In this document: piece after piece, positions 1 through 12,707 of the stretch
Layout: each line of letters begins with the position of its first letter
Numbering within the stretch: the stretch's first letter is position 1
The notes under the pieces: model-generated
Seen by the model: the letters and a program-made list of their open reading frames with translations, nothing else
The model's database searches: none
What the model was told of the DNA's origin: nothing
Position numbers and translations under genes: made by a program
Assembly (NCBI GenBank): GCA_964016885.1
Contig: OZ024746.1
Span: forward strand, 35,836,001 to 35,900,000
Length of the DNA: 64,000 bases
Direction: 5' to 3'
Origin: Eledone cirrhosa
Lineage: Eukaryota

Positions 1-605
1 ATAAATGAACACTGGCGAGACCTTCAAGATAATAAAGAATCATCTGTACTCTACCAACATGCTAAGATAGAACACAAGGGTAAATTAGAGAACATAGAAA
101 TAAAAATAGAATCTACACACAGAAAAGACGCAATGTTTAGACGAATTACAGGCAATAAACATACAAGAATTACAACCAAAATTAAATAGAAAATATGAGT
201 GGAACAGCAACATCACAACTTACAATTAAGGACAAAATGAAAACACACACACACATAGAACAATCAACCAACCACTAACATGTAAATAAACACATAAACA
301 CACACAGACACCCGGATGTGGCGCATGCGCAGACTGAGCACACAACACACACACAGAAACAAAATGGCGTAGGATAGAACAAAGGAGAGGCACAGAAACA
401 AAGAAAGAAATCGCCAGTCACTAAGAGGTCACAGAGTGTGTGACGAAAGAACTATGACTATATATAAACAACTATCTGGTTGTGGAACCAACCAACCAAC
501 CAGAAATTTATAAATAAATTTGTAGATTTATAAATATATGATAAATTGAAGTGAAAGCTACTGGTGCGTGTGTTACTTATTGGCAACATGACACTCCCAA
601 ATTAT

Positions 606-611
<6 letters not shown>
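1..611 (+). mobile_element. Penelope-like element 3' end (GIY-YIG C-terminus plus pseudo-LTR), cut by the window start
   Basis: Frame 1 reads INEHWRDLQDNKESSVLYQHAKIEHKGKLENIEIKIESTHRKDAMFRR, nearly identical to 28180-28927. Ends at ...ataacaat and runs into (TA)n. Confidence 0.85.
416..459 (+). ncRNA. Minimal type I hammerhead ribozyme, probably inactive (G5 deleted)
   Basis: AGTCA-CT.AAGA-G-GTCACA..TGTGAC-GAAA-GAAC-TA-TGACT, orthologous to the intact-core motif at 28719-28763. Confidence 0.6.
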
Positions 612-676
<65 letters not shown>

Positions 677-739
677 TATGTGTGTATGTGTGTGCGTGTG
701 TGCGTGTGTGTATGTATACATTTATAATAATGATAATAA

Positions 740-948
740 TTCCTACTATATGCACAAGGCCAGCAAATTTTGGGGAAAGAAAAATCGATTAAACCAACAA
801 AAGTGCATTACTTCGTGCATTATATTATCGAACCCGTAAGGTCGAATGGCGAATCTAACCACGGTGCGATTTGAAATCAGAACGTAAAGTGCCATAACTC
901 TATGCCTTAATGTTCGGTGTTTGGTGCTCTACTGATACGGCCAATCCA
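740..948 (-). mobile_element. Degenerate tRNA-derived SINE (long subfamily)
   Basis: Reverse complement has ggattggccgtatcagtagag ... ttcaaatc ... ccttacgggttcgataa ... gctggccttgtgc, matching the SINE at 37557. Confidence 0.7.
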
Positions 949-1072
949 AATGAGAATAATAAGTATATTCACTTGTTATGTGTTTCGTGAATGATACGCT
1001 TAAGGTCCGATCTATATCATGAGCTCATGCTCATTATACAAACGGTTTCCTTAATGACGTAATATATCTACG

Positions 1073-1087
1073 TAGGTTAAACTATAT

Positions 1088-1145
<58 letters not shown>

Positions 1146-1160
1146 ATATAGTTTAACCTA
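1073..1160. repeat. Palindrome: taggttaaactatatcca-(TA)n-tggatatagtttaaccta
   Basis: An 18-bp inverted repeat directly flanks a (TA)n tract. Confidence 0.85.
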
Positions 1161-2170
1161 TGGACTTTCACAGTTATCTCCCTTACACCTCTCGCACGCA
1201 ATTTTGGATTGCCTGGGTGAAGTGACCGTTACTGCGCATGCGCGTTCATACGGTTGTCCTTCCGGTTCCGTATAACCATGTCCAATTGTTCTAGGTATGG
1301 TGAACTAACTGTTGTGTAACCACTTATATACATATATATTTGTTTTGTAAGGTATTTGATATGAAATCGTGTCGAAACAAATATTGTTATACTTGGGGAG
1401 GGTCATATTGTTGTAATAATTTTGCCAGAAATAATAACAGAACACACTCACTGTTTGGTTGGTTTTCGCTACTCTATCTTTCATATATCCATAGTTAATT
1501 TGTTTCGCAATCAAACAATTTAAACAGGGATAGTATTTCTCACTAACACTATCATCCCACAACAAATTATTTTCCCAATGCTTTTAACAACATCTTTTAA
1601 TAACATACATTTTTTTTGGGGGGGGGGGGATCCTTCTCTATCTCATTAACTTGGCCTCATTTTAACCCCTACCTTTCCCTTCCCCATTCTTTTCATTCAA
1701 AGCATAAATTTACATTCCTCCACTCCTAGCATAAAGTTTCTACTACGGTTAGTCTATCAACTTGACCTCTAACTTTTCTATTGGTCAATTCAAAACCTGT
1801 TCCCAAACAGACTTTTTGTATTAATACTTTCTTTCAATAAACATACTTCATCATTTCTGAAGATGGCATATATAAGTGAAGGTATGTATATCTCCTCTGA
1901 TAATTTGTAATATTTTCTTACATGGATCTTTAATGTGATATAAATAACAACATACACATATATATCCAAGAAACGATCGTAAAATGAGGATTTGTTTAAT
2001 ATAAGGAACCTGTTCATTGTTTTTATTTCATTGTTTTTAGTAATTTATCTTGACTCTGTTTTCCTATGATTTTTATCGTTAAATTTTGAATGCATTTTCT
2101 CTTTTCATGATATCTTCTATATTTGGATTACATTGAGTTCTTCATACGGATTGGACACTACCGTATATGT
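1160..2170 (-). mobile_element. Old degenerate Penelope-like relative with a decayed hammerhead (1527-1558)
   Basis: Reverse complement of 1381-1410 (atgaccctccccaagtataacaatat) matches the pLTR end at 28903-28929. The ORF 1790-2017 tail (AIFRNDEVCLLKESINTKSLF) resembles the GIY-YIG C-terminus. GGGA-TGATAG...GAAA-TAC-TA-TCCC is a decayed HHR. Confidence 0.55.
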
Positions 2171-2205
2171 TGGTAGATTTATCTACACACACACATATAT
2201 ATATA

Positions 2206-2271
<66 letters not shown>

Positions 2272-2278
<7 letters not shown>

Positions 2279-2897
2279 ATATGGGTGAGAAGAATACTGC
2301 TGGTTGCACATGGATAACATGTTATAAAATGAGTCCCTCATCAGTGATTTACCAAACGATCATGGGTATTTCATCGCATTAAAAATCATATACCTCACGT
2401 TGGAGCGATAATAACTAAAATAAGTCATTAGGACAATAGAAACGCGTAAAGCGAGTGAGGCAAGTAAACAACACAGGGGGAAGCTAACCGAAGATGGAAA
2501 TAAACACAAGCAACATAGTTATTCTTTCAGCGTAAGCTGTGTGAATATATGAGCGAGTCAGAAAACAGACATTTCGCTAGTGAATCCGGTGTTAGAAAGA
2601 ATGAAAACCGTTTTCCCAGCGAACGGGAGGAAGAAAGAAGTGGAGAAACAGGGACTGAGTGAGTGGGAGTGCGAGGAAGAGGTCAGTAGAGAGAAAGAAT
2701 TAACTGGCATGGCAGAGGGGACGAAAGAAAGTAAGAGAAACAGAGAGAACGAGGGAGCAGTAAGAGAGAAGGAGAGAAACACAGAATTGCAGTTTGGGTA
2801 AATATATGAAAATATGGGTGAGAAGAATACTGCTGGTTGCACATGGATAACATGTTATAAAATGAGTCCCTCATCAGTGATTTACCAAACGATCATG

Positions 2898-2900
<3 letters not shown>
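2272..2900 (-). mobile_element. Non-coding element with direct terminal repeats (period 533 bp) in (TA)n; same family as 60725-61390
   Basis: 2272-2368 is repeated at 2805-2900 around a purine-rich spacer. Homologous to the reverse complement of 60725-61390. Confidence 0.75.
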
Positions 2901-2945
<45 letters not shown>

Positions 2946-2953
<8 letters not shown>

Positions 2954-3066
2954 ATCAAATTTCTTTCGTTGCATATCTGCTACATCATCAGTGGTACTAT
3001 TATGCTTTCTTCTGTTGTATTGTATGTCTACGCCATTTTTATTTTAAAGAACTTTGATAGACTATA
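2946..3066 (-). ncRNA. Mini pLTR fragment with a degenerate minimal hammerhead (2947-3000) and ~20-bp inverted ends
   Basis: Reverse complement: ATAGT-ACCA-CTGATGA-T-GTAGCA-GATA-TGCAAC-GAAA-GAAA-TT-TGATAG-ACTAT. Shares aaaatggcgtag with the PLE pLTR. Ends are tatagtctatcaaa and tttgatagactata. Confidence 0.6.
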
Positions 3067-3222
3067 TATATATATATATTTATATCTGTATTTTTAACCG
3101 TTGGTCAATCAATGATGAACGGTTGATTGCCCAATAAATTAACTATGGTGATATAAAAGATACAGAAGCGAAAAGCAATCAAACAGTAAGTGTGTTCTGC
3201 TATTATTACAACCCTCCCCAAG

Positions 3223-3272
<50 letters not shown>

Positions 3273-3278
3273 TTTCAG

Positions 3279-3525
3279 ACGTTCAATCATCTGGCAGAAA
3301 GGTATACGATGCTGACGATAGCTAATAAGCTTGAAACAAACAAACCGAACATTAAAATAAATGTAAGGTAAACCGATACGTACATATATATGTGTGCATG
3401 TACGTATATATATACATACTACTGTACGTCTGTATACATATATGTATGTACGTATACATACATACTCACATTTAAGTATCAGCCGTACTAAGAGTGAGAA
3501 ATGAAATTTTGTTTCATTCTTTTCC

Positions 3526-3527
<2 letters not shown>
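3279..3527 (+). mobile_element. Internally deleted copy of the 420-bp hammerhead repeat
   Basis: CTGACGATAGCTAATAAGCTTGAAAC at 3312-3337 (stem III and the cleavage site are lost), then tactactgtacgtctgtatac...ccgtactaagagtg as in 19330-19430. Confidence 0.8.
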
Positions 3528-3592
<65 letters not shown>

Positions 3593-3617
3593 CACATAGA
3601 TAGATATATGAATTGAA

Positions 3618-3894
3618 TAAGGACCCCTACGGCTGAGCTCCGGATATTTCGATAGCTTGATCCGACACTATTACCAGCCTCCAGTTTATTACTTCAATAT
3701 TACCCACAAGGAGTAAACAGACAATCGACTTTTCTACGAAGAACATCTTAGTTCCACCATTCGGATCCAGGTGTCGAAACAGCCGGAGCTGAGCCGTCGG
3801 ATCCTGATTATTTTCGTATTACTCACTCTACTACCTAAGTATCGAGTTCTCTGGTGCATTATGGTCCAGCTGGTTCCTTACCACACTTTCTTTG

Positions 3895-3897
<3 letters not shown>
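3618..3897. repeat. Dispersed repeat with an internal inverted repeat; family also at 5045-5153 and 54990-55180
   Basis: 3620-3666 and 3761-3805 are imperfect inverted repeats. 3818-3897 matches the reverse complement of 54990-55072 and 5045-5087. Confidence 0.7.
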
Positions 3898-3934
<37 letters not shown>

Positions 3935-4150
3935 GTACGTGTACTATACTATGTTTGGTACGATATTCGATACTTTAAATAACATGAATTCTACAGAGGA
4001 CCACGTTCCAATTTCACATATATACCCGTGTTTTATATATAAAATTAGAAAATTGATCACACATAAACATAAAAACTGACATAATCTGAAACACATATAG
4101 GAAAACATACGCAAACTCACATTGGGAGCAACGGTTTTTGTGTCTTGTAA

Positions 4151-4186
<36 letters not shown>

Positions 4187-4861
4187 TGTGTGTTTGTGCT
4201 GCGTGTATGTATGGATATAGGCACACACACACACACACACACTGACATATATACATACATAATATATATATTTCATGCGCGTATTTACTCGTGTATTCTT
4301 CTTGTGTTTGCGTTTAGATTACAAATGGCCATCTTTCTTCTCATAATTCTTTATTTAGTACTAGAAATAAGAACTTCAACTTCAGTGAATATAATGTAAC
4401 TTAAGCTGCTTTTTGTATTTGACGCTTCAAAACACTTTTAGATTTCATTAAAAAAAGATGAAATGGTTCACTGAACAAGAATTGAACATCTAGCTCCAGG
4501 TTCGATTTTATCAAGTCGACTGTAGGTTTTAATATTTTTTATTTAGATTCCAAACACTCCTTATCCAATTCATATAGAGAGAGGTATTGGAAGAGACTTC
4601 CGTGTAGTGTTTTGGCAGTTTCTCCTTAAACTACCAAAATACACATCTATTTGGATATGTACGCTATAATATGGAGATTTTCTGATCATTTTAGCGTGGA
4701 AAAAGATAAACTAATGAGTTTGACTAAATTGGGCAATTTCCGTCCCCACCACCTTATAATTCAGAAATACTCCTACCACCCGTGACACAGACATAGAAAT
4801 GTACACCAACACAATAATCAGTGTAAAGTACATGAACATTAAAAGACGAAAAAGTATATAT

Positions 4862-4980
4862 ATATAAGGAAAAAAATGAAATCGAAAATGCAACTGGAGT
4901 CTTTTTAAAAAAAAAATATCTTTATTTGCTTCCTTTATCGGTTTCGCTGTTCTTATGCTTTTCAAAAGTAGAATTGAGAT
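4862..4980 (-). ncRNA. Repeat carrying a degenerate U3-A8 hammerhead (4930-4973)
   Basis: Reverse complement: TTCTACTT-TTGAAAA-GCATAAGAACAGC-GAAA-CCGA-TA-AAGGAA. Homologous to 54681-54805. Confidence 0.55.
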
Positions 4981-5001
4981 ATATATATATATATGTATGC
5001 A

Positions 5002-5048
<47 letters not shown>

Positions 5049-5620
5049 CGAAGGAAATGGGGTAAGGAACCAAGTGGACCATAACGCAGAGAATTAGGTC
5101 TAGATTTAGCCGTCGAAACGGCTTGAGCTCAGACGTCGGGGTCCTACTCGTTCCTATATATATATATTTATTTCTATGTCCCCGCGCATGAAAAAAAATC
5201 ACTTATTGACACTTATACTACGACATACACACACGCGCACACACACCAATACATACGCGCGCACATACCGACACTCATGCATGCATCCAAACACACACAC
5301 GCTACTCACTTACACACACAAACACACACACACACACAGAAATAGTCGAGCTGGATACCCGATCACGCAGTTGGACCACTGGGAGTGAAGAACACCTAGA
5401 ACTTGTCAGGGCATTCTTCTAGGAGAAGGCATCTCAGGAAACTAGGTTAACTCCGACATAAAACCTGCCGCTCAGTAGTTACCGGTGATGTTGATCTTTT
5501 CTTCTTTTCGGGTTATAGCTACTGTCGCTCAGAGAGTGGGATTGGCTCAGTGCACAGTCTTTCCTCACTTTAAAAGTATTCTTCACGCACAGGTATAGCT
5601 CGATTGCATTAATTAATAAT

Positions 5621-6798
5621 TATTCTCCGATGGTCAGGCGGTGCATCTGCTGTCAACACCCGCTACGTGGAGGGCTGGGCATGCCGTGGCTGATGATGCG
5701 CAGACACGCGCTCAGGCTACGGCATCTCTACCTCTTGCTCGACGGTGATCAGGTGCGGTCGCCGTTTGCTAGACACGTCTTTCCCAAGCTCGTCTCCTTG
5801 ACAGAGCTGCAGTCCCGGGTCAAGCGAAGACCGAGAAGGAGCGCTTGGAGACTGGAATGTCTTCAGGCGCTCACAGCCCTCGACCAATCCAATCTGGCAA
5901 TGTGATCAGTGGAAACTCCACCTTGGCGTTCTATAGAGGATTAGTGGAAGGGGAAAAGCGACGACGTACTTGGGGAAAATCTAGGCGTCGACGAAAATCA
6001 ACTAACCAATCTCTTCGGAAGAACTTTCGGGCCTGGGCCTATGGACAACTTCCAGAAATACCTGGCCTGGCAGTGCTACCGAGGAGCTTTGCTAGTTCGG
6101 GATAAACTCTACAGGCATGGAGGTGCCGTTAGCCGGGTATGTCCGAGATGCGTGCAGAGCGACGAAACCGTCCTGCACGCACTCGTCCAGTGTCCGAGCA
6201 TTGCTGACTTGTGGGTTTATGTCGAACACCTGCTGTCACGTGTAGGACGGATCCAGCTATCAGCTGAGTCCATCGTGAGGATTGCCCTGCCCTCTTCCTT
6301 TAGCCGGATAGGGCAGGTAGTTTTTATCTGTCTGGTGGCCATGGCGAAAAAGATAGTATGGTGGACACGTTTGAAAGGGCTGAAGACGAGCACTTACCTC
6401 TTCGGTGATGCCCTGATTAACTTTTTCAAATTTCATTTGAAAAGGAAAATCAGGGTCGAGAGGGAAGTGCTCTCTTCCGAGCATTTTGTTGAAAGATGGG
6501 TGAGAGAAGCAAGTATGGCCCGAGTGAATGGCCTCTCTGAGTATGTGTCTGTAAATTAAAGGTGGGACACTGGGAGAGGGCACTTGCCCTGATGGTCACT
6601 TTTACTGTGGCCTTTTAATGGGCTTTCTGCACAAATGTCCCTCGGAAGTCTCCTCCTATTGGGGAATTTTTCATTGTTATTTTATTTATTACATCCTCTG
6701 TTTTTTTTACACGCAGAAATACCCATTTGTACCGTCTTGTATTGTTCTGTACTGTTCTTAATGTCTACTTTATGTAGACATTGTGGTTAATAAAGAAA
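5621..6798 (+). mobile_element. 5'-truncated L1/Tx1-clade LINE (3' end of ORF2 with CCHC zinc knuckle)
   Basis: ORF 6041-6559 has CPRCVQSDETVLHALVQC. The 3' UTR ends aataaagaaa. A 15-bp TSD gcattaattaataat lies at 5606-5620 and 6799-6813. Confidence 0.85.
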
Positions 6799-6823
6799 GC
6801 ATTAATTAATAATCATTAATAGT

Positions 6824-6861
<38 letters not shown>

Positions 6862-6868
6862 GTTATTA

Positions 6869-9800
6869 CTCTTTGAGTCTCAGTCATTGATGTTAGTTAA
6901 CTGAAAAGTTTGATGAAATGAATATCAAGCCACTACCTGCAGCCTCAGATATTCAGGACGTATCGGAGGGTTCTTGATGTTCCCAGCAAGCATGCCTTTT
7001 GAAGCGTTCCAAAAAGCGTGAAGGGGCCAATATTCTTTAACCATCCCTGGAAACTTTTTAAGATAGTCCCTAGTGCGCCTATGACAAACAGGATCACTCT
7101 GACTTCATGGCAGTTCCAAATCCTTTTTACCTCCCACTTTAAGTCCTGGTATCGGTTAATTTTCTCCCTCTCCTTCTCTTGCACTCTCGTGTCGAATGGG
7201 CAGGCCACATCCACAATCAGGCACGATCTTTTTTCTTTGTCCACAACCACCAGGTCAGGTCTATTGTGTTCCAGTTTCTTGTCCGTCTGTATCCTAAAAT
7301 CCCACAGCACCTTCACCTGATCGTTTTCTATCACCGTCTCTGGCTTATGCTCATACCACTTCTCAGAATGTGATAGATTGTTTACTTTGCATAGGTGACA
7401 GTGGATCACCCCTCCCATTACATCATGTCTCCAGCCTTATAGTGAGTCTGGGCTACGTGTTTACACTCGGATACAATGTGAGCCACAGTCTCCTCTCTCC
7501 CTCCACATATCCTGCACAGTGGGCTTGCCTCCTCCTTGTAAATATGGTGTTACAACCACTTCGCTTTGAAGGCCTGCTCCTCCGCAGCCATTAACATTCC
7601 TTCTGTAGCCTTTTTAAGGTCTCCTGTTTTCAACCATTTCCATGTCTGTGGATCTCTAAATTCAGTTTTCTCAAATAAGGTACTATGAAGGGATTTTTCC
7701 TGAAGGCTGCTCTTTCTCCTTGATGTTATTTCCTCCTTGGACATCCCCTGGCCTATTGTCCCCTCCTTCAGTACAGTTCTGAGCATTGGCTCCTTACTAT
7801 CAGTCACGTATTTGAGTAGGTTGTTTTTCTCCATCTGAACACAGTCCTCTATGCTGAAAAGACCTCTTCCACCTTCAGATCTCCTTAAGTAGAGTCTATC
7901 GACATCACTCCTCTTGTGGAACATGTTGTAGATAGTCAATAACTTCCTAGTCTTCCTATCCATTTCTTTTTGTTCAGCAACATTCCATCTCAGAATTCCC
8001 GCACTGTACCTAATAATAGACACAGCTCGGGAATTTACTGCACTTATGGCATTCCTACTGTTCAGATGTGACTTTAATACGCTCCTTATTCTCCGAATGT
8101 ATTCAGTTCTTATCAATTCCTTCATTTTTTTTGTTCTTGATGTCATCAGCCTCCAGAACGCCCAAATAATTGTATCCTTACTCAGAGTCAATTTCCTTTA
8201 TCATCTCACCTGTTGGTACCTGGATTCCGTTACTTCTGCTCAACTCACCCCTCTTCATCAATAATGACTCCACATTAACTAATACCAAATTGCATACATA
8301 TATCATTGCTGAAAATACGGACAGTGTCAACAAGCACATCCAACTCCTTCTCACTCTTCCCGAAGAACTTAAGATCGTCCATGAAGGGAAGGTGATTGAT
8401 GGTAAGTCCTCCCTTTCCCAACCTGTATCCTGCTCTCAATTTTCGCAGTACACTGGTCAGGGGCATCAGGGCAAGGACAAACAACAGAGTGGACAGACTA
8501 GCTCCCTGGATGATACCTCTCTTGATCTTCACGCCTCCCAAGGATTCTCCAGTTGATGTTAACTCTGTTTCCCAGGACTTCATACTTTTGCCCAACAACT
8601 GTCTGATGTTATCTGCCACCTTGAAGATCTTCAGGCTTTTGGTGATCCAAGAATGAGGCACCATGTCAATTGCCTTTTTGTAGTCTATCCATCCCATGGC
8701 AAGACCAGTGTGTCTCCTCTTGCAATTCCTCATTATCATCTTATCAATAAGTAACTGGTCCGTTGTACCACGTAACTTCTTTCGGCATGCTTTCTGTTCG
8801 TCCGATAACAAGTTGTTTGTGTGGAGGTGATAGTAGATTTCCCCAGACATAATGCTTGTCAACAGTTTACACATTACCGACAGACATGTGATAGGTCTAT
8901 AGTTGGTAATATCATTACCCTTGATTCGGTCTTTCATTATCAGAACTATGGTACCTTTTGTCAACCACTGTAGTACCTCACCTGACATCAAGCAGTCATT
9001 AAAATGGTTGTCAGTTTCGGGTGGAGGGATGTTATATTTTTAATCCAATACCCCTGCACACCATCTGGGCCTGGTGATTTCCAGTTGGTTAGTTTTTTGG
9101 CCTGCCCATTAAGAGTTTCAACTGTGATACTCAAATCAGTTTGTTGTTGTGCCTGTTCACTAATCTCCTTCTGTACTGTCTCAATCCACACTGCCTGGTC
9201 ATTATGTTTAACATCCTGCTCCCATATTCCTCTCCAGAATGTTTTAGTTTGTTCCGCCTCAGGGATCAAGTCGTTGCCTCTTTCTTTCCCTTCAAGCTGT
9301 CCAAACAGCATATTCTGGTTGTTGTCGAACATGCGGTTCTGTCTATACTGACTGACTCTGTTCTCGTATCACCTGATTTTTGCACTCTTTGTTACAATGC
9401 GTTGCTTCAGTTCCTCTATGATAATATTTAGCTTTTTCCTCCTAATTTTGTACTTTATTTCCAGTGTATTTTTAGTGTCTATGTTTTTTAGTGTCCCATT
9501 CAGTAGGGACTCAAGCTTTCCAATGTCATTTCTCATCTCCCTGACTTGACCACTCAATCGTTTCTTTCACCAAGGCTCTGCTCTTTCTTGTCTGTTGTTT
9601 CCTCTCGCTTTTATACCAAGTAGTTTCCTCACCGTATTTGCTGTTGCTTTGAGGATATTGTTGCACTGGTGAAGGCTCCTCGCCTCAAGATATGGGATGA
9701 CTTTGTTTACCCTAGCTGTTGTTTCTTTTAACTTTTTTCTGTCTACAAATCTTAGGTTCATAAGTCCCCCACTATCATTGTTCAATTCATCTACCACTAA

Positions 9801-10210
9801 GTTTAGGATATCAACCAAATCTTGTCCTAGCCCCTCAGCATTCAGCACCTCAGTGGCCGTATCTCTGTTCCAGGTATTATTTATCTCAGCATTCAGATCA
9901 TTGTCTGCTTCGGGTGGTTCCTCCGTTCTCTCGACATCCTCGCCTTCATTTCCCTCTGGCTCGTTTGTTTGGGATACTCCACTCTCCATCTCCAAGCTAA
10001 TCTCTCTGCTCAGTTCCTCCAGTTCCAGCTCGCTTATCCACCCATTAGTTCTTATTACCCGAGCCTGCCCGGCCAATTTTTGTTCATCTAATTCAAATAG
10101 ACCAATCTCGTTCCAGATTTTATGTATTCGGTTCCTATAGCCTTTCTCCTTGGGGTTACTCTTCAGGTAACATTGCATAACAGTTCTATTCAATTCTTTC
10201 GTCCAGTTGG
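6869..10210 (-). mobile_element. Near full-length R4/Dong-clade non-LTR retrotransposon (RT plus restriction-like endonuclease), frameshifted
   Basis: Consecutive ORF pieces: WTKELNRTVMQCY (N-terminus); RT motifs NYRPITCL, WIDYKKAID, GIIQGASLS and HLPFMDDLK; CRIC..ETVAHIVSEC; RLE motifs WDFRIQTD..NRPDLVV..IVDVACP..EKINRY. Both ends abut (TAA)n, the known Dong target. Confidence 0.88.
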
Positions 10211-10268
10211 TTATAATTATTATTATTGTTACTAACATTATTACATTTTTTTTTCTTTTTCCGATTCA

Positions 10269-11160
10269 ATGATGTTCCAAAACAATATAAACGAGATGAT
10301 TGGCAATAAAGGTTCTGGAACAAAAGAGATAATTGGCAATAAGGGAAGGGGTCCCAGGTTATCACAGCCTGGGCCCGCTCGTCAACATGCCAACGTAATA
10401 GAGCCTAACAAGGCATTTTGTCTTGGGTGCTGGAACGTACGGTCGCTGCTTGACAGGGATTGCTCAGAACGTTCTGAACGAAGGACCGCTCTTGTTGTAA
10501 AGGAGCTTCGACGTTACGATCTTGACATCGTAGCTTTATCTGAGACGAGGATAGCTGGAGATGGTCATCTTACAGAATTTTATGGAGAAAATACATTCTT
10601 CTGGAAAGGAAGAGATGAAGGAACCAGAAGAGAGTCTGGGGTACCATTTGCTGTTAAGACTGTTCTTGTGAATAAATTAGAAGAATTCCCAGTAGGGATT
10701 AGTGAGTGTCTTATGTCCATGAGAATTCCGCTGGACAAAGGAAGATATGCGACCCTGGTGAGCGTGTATGCTCCAACTATGAATTCTGTCGATGAAGAAA
10801 AAGTGTCCTTTTTCCATGCATTGAAAGGTGTTTTAAGAAATATCCCTCAGGCAGACAAAGTCATCGTGCTTGGTGACTTTAATGCTAGGGTGGATTGGGA
10901 TTTTAACACATTGAATGTAATCGGAAGGCAAGGGGTGGGAAAGTGTAACAACAATGGTATGCTCCTGTTGCAGATTTGTGAGCAGCTGGATCGGTGTGTT
11001 ACCAACACCAGGTTCCAACAAAAGAACAAAATTAAGACCACATGGATGCATCCTGCATCTAAGGAACGGCATTTTTTGTACTACGTCCTGGTCAGGATGC
11101 GTGACAGACGGGATGTGCAGTGTGTTCGAGCTCTTCGTGGAGCTGAGTGTTGGACGGACC
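10269..11160 (+). pseudogene. RTE-clade (BovB-like) LINE apurinic endonuclease domain, 3'-truncated
   Basis: WNVRSL..ERRTALV..DIVALSETR..TFFWKG..SVYAPT..LGDFNARV..TWMHP..WTDH, after which the sequence breaks into (TA)n. Confidence 0.88.
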
Positions 11161-11204
11161 ATATATATATATATTTAATATTTTTAATTATGACATTATT
11201 TTTT

Positions 11205-12240
11205 TAATGACACCCCTCTAAATATATTTTATTAGATATAGATTGATAATCTTTAATTGACATTCTGAACATTTACCCTCTCTACGATAATTCTTCGAAA
11301 AGCACATTACGTTTTTCATCTCTTTTTGATATTCAAACATTCACAAATCTTTCGACTAAAATAATTAATCTCACACAAAATAATATATAATTTTCTCTAT
11401 ATATTTTTGAGTAAATCACTCATCAAATTTAACCGTTAACAAACAAAATTGGAATTATCTTTCCTTTCTCAATCGTGCAAACATAAACATATTATGTATG
11501 ATAATCTATATAACTTCGCTTAATTAATAATATTCTGAAAACATTTTCAGTGTTGAACAAAATATTCGAATCTACAAATTGTTTTCCTCTCACAACCTGA
11601 ACCACCTATTTGCTTATGTAATATATAAAATCAACATCCTTCGTAACTCATATTGGAAATATAAACTAATAATTGTAAATTATTTCTATTTCTATAATAC
11701 TTATACATACGCAATTATTAATCTATATATATATTTATATGCATATAACCTATTGTAATGTAAGAAGATAAAAATACTTACAACCATAATTCTTCATATA
11801 ATCTAATTGATTATATATACAATATTATTACTCATAATATAGGTAAATAAATTTAAATTTAAACTCTGGAATCATATTCAACTTTCTCCCTCAAATTAAC
11901 GTAAATACATGCTCTTCTTCCTTTTTCTACTTTCCTACGCATACACACACATATCACAACTATTTACATTCTCCATAGCGTCTAAAATAACGTTTTTTCA
12001 GCCCTTTATCTCAACCCCATTTGCATACTCATTTGCATACTCATCTTAACAATTTGAAATATCTGACTTTTCTTCTCTTATCACTTCACTATCCAAAGAA
12101 AACTTGAACGGTTAAGGTATTTATAAAACATACTTCGTAATTTATCTGATGAAAGCGTACCAAAATGTTGGTACCCTTGAAATATATATAATAGAATAAA
12201 TATGGTTTTATAAATATAGTTTCCATTTATTTAATATCAT
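11205..12240 (+). mobile_element. Highly decayed Penelope-like remnant ending in a hammerhead-bearing pLTR
   Basis: Eroded RT-like text near 11225 (F-I-R-Y..D) and 11455 (NYLSFL), followed by the HHR motif at 12141. Confidence 0.4.
12141..12192 (+). ncRNA. Minimal type I hammerhead motif
   Basis: CTGATGA-AAGcGTACCAA-AATG-TTGGTACcCTT-GAAA-TATA-TA: a long stem II and a palindromic ATATAT stem III. Stem I is weak. Confidence 0.65.
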
Positions 12241-12258
12241 TGTATATATATATATATG

Positions 12259-12707
12259 TGTACAGCCACCGGAAATAACTTCTGTGAAATAAACAGCTCC
12301 ATCTATCTGCTTAACTAGCTACCCCACTGTGAAACAAAAAACTCTTGAAAGTCACCAGAATAAAACGCCTACGCAGCGGCTAAAGATCAAACGATTATTT
12401 CTGTATAAATAGAGTGGTTCCAAACACTTTCGCCAGTCGACCTTTGGCAGAGTCAACTCGCGTATCGTTGTTCCTCTCCTCTGCCACGCTTGTCACTCAC
12501 ACACCTGTACTTCTGTATCGTCGCTTCATGTGAAAATAAATAGCTGATCGAAACTACATCCCTCGCCTTGCTCGTCCTTTCAACTTGTGCTTTCGTCTGT
12601 TCATTCTTACCATATGTGACAACAGTTATATTAAGGGCTATCTTCAGATCCGATCAGACCGTATGCGATAATTGTCCTTCTAAGGGCTATTCTCGGATCT
12701 GATCAGA
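12259..12707 (+). repeat. 5' LTR (3' end deleted)
   Basis: Starts tgtacagccaccggaaataac and is colinear with the 3' LTR until gatcaga. Confidence 0.88.

Noticed and set aside
2438-2452. GAAACGCGTA, typical of a minimal HHR stem III
   Set aside because: No upstream CUGANGA, and the homologous copy near 61215 reads GAATTCGCGTA.
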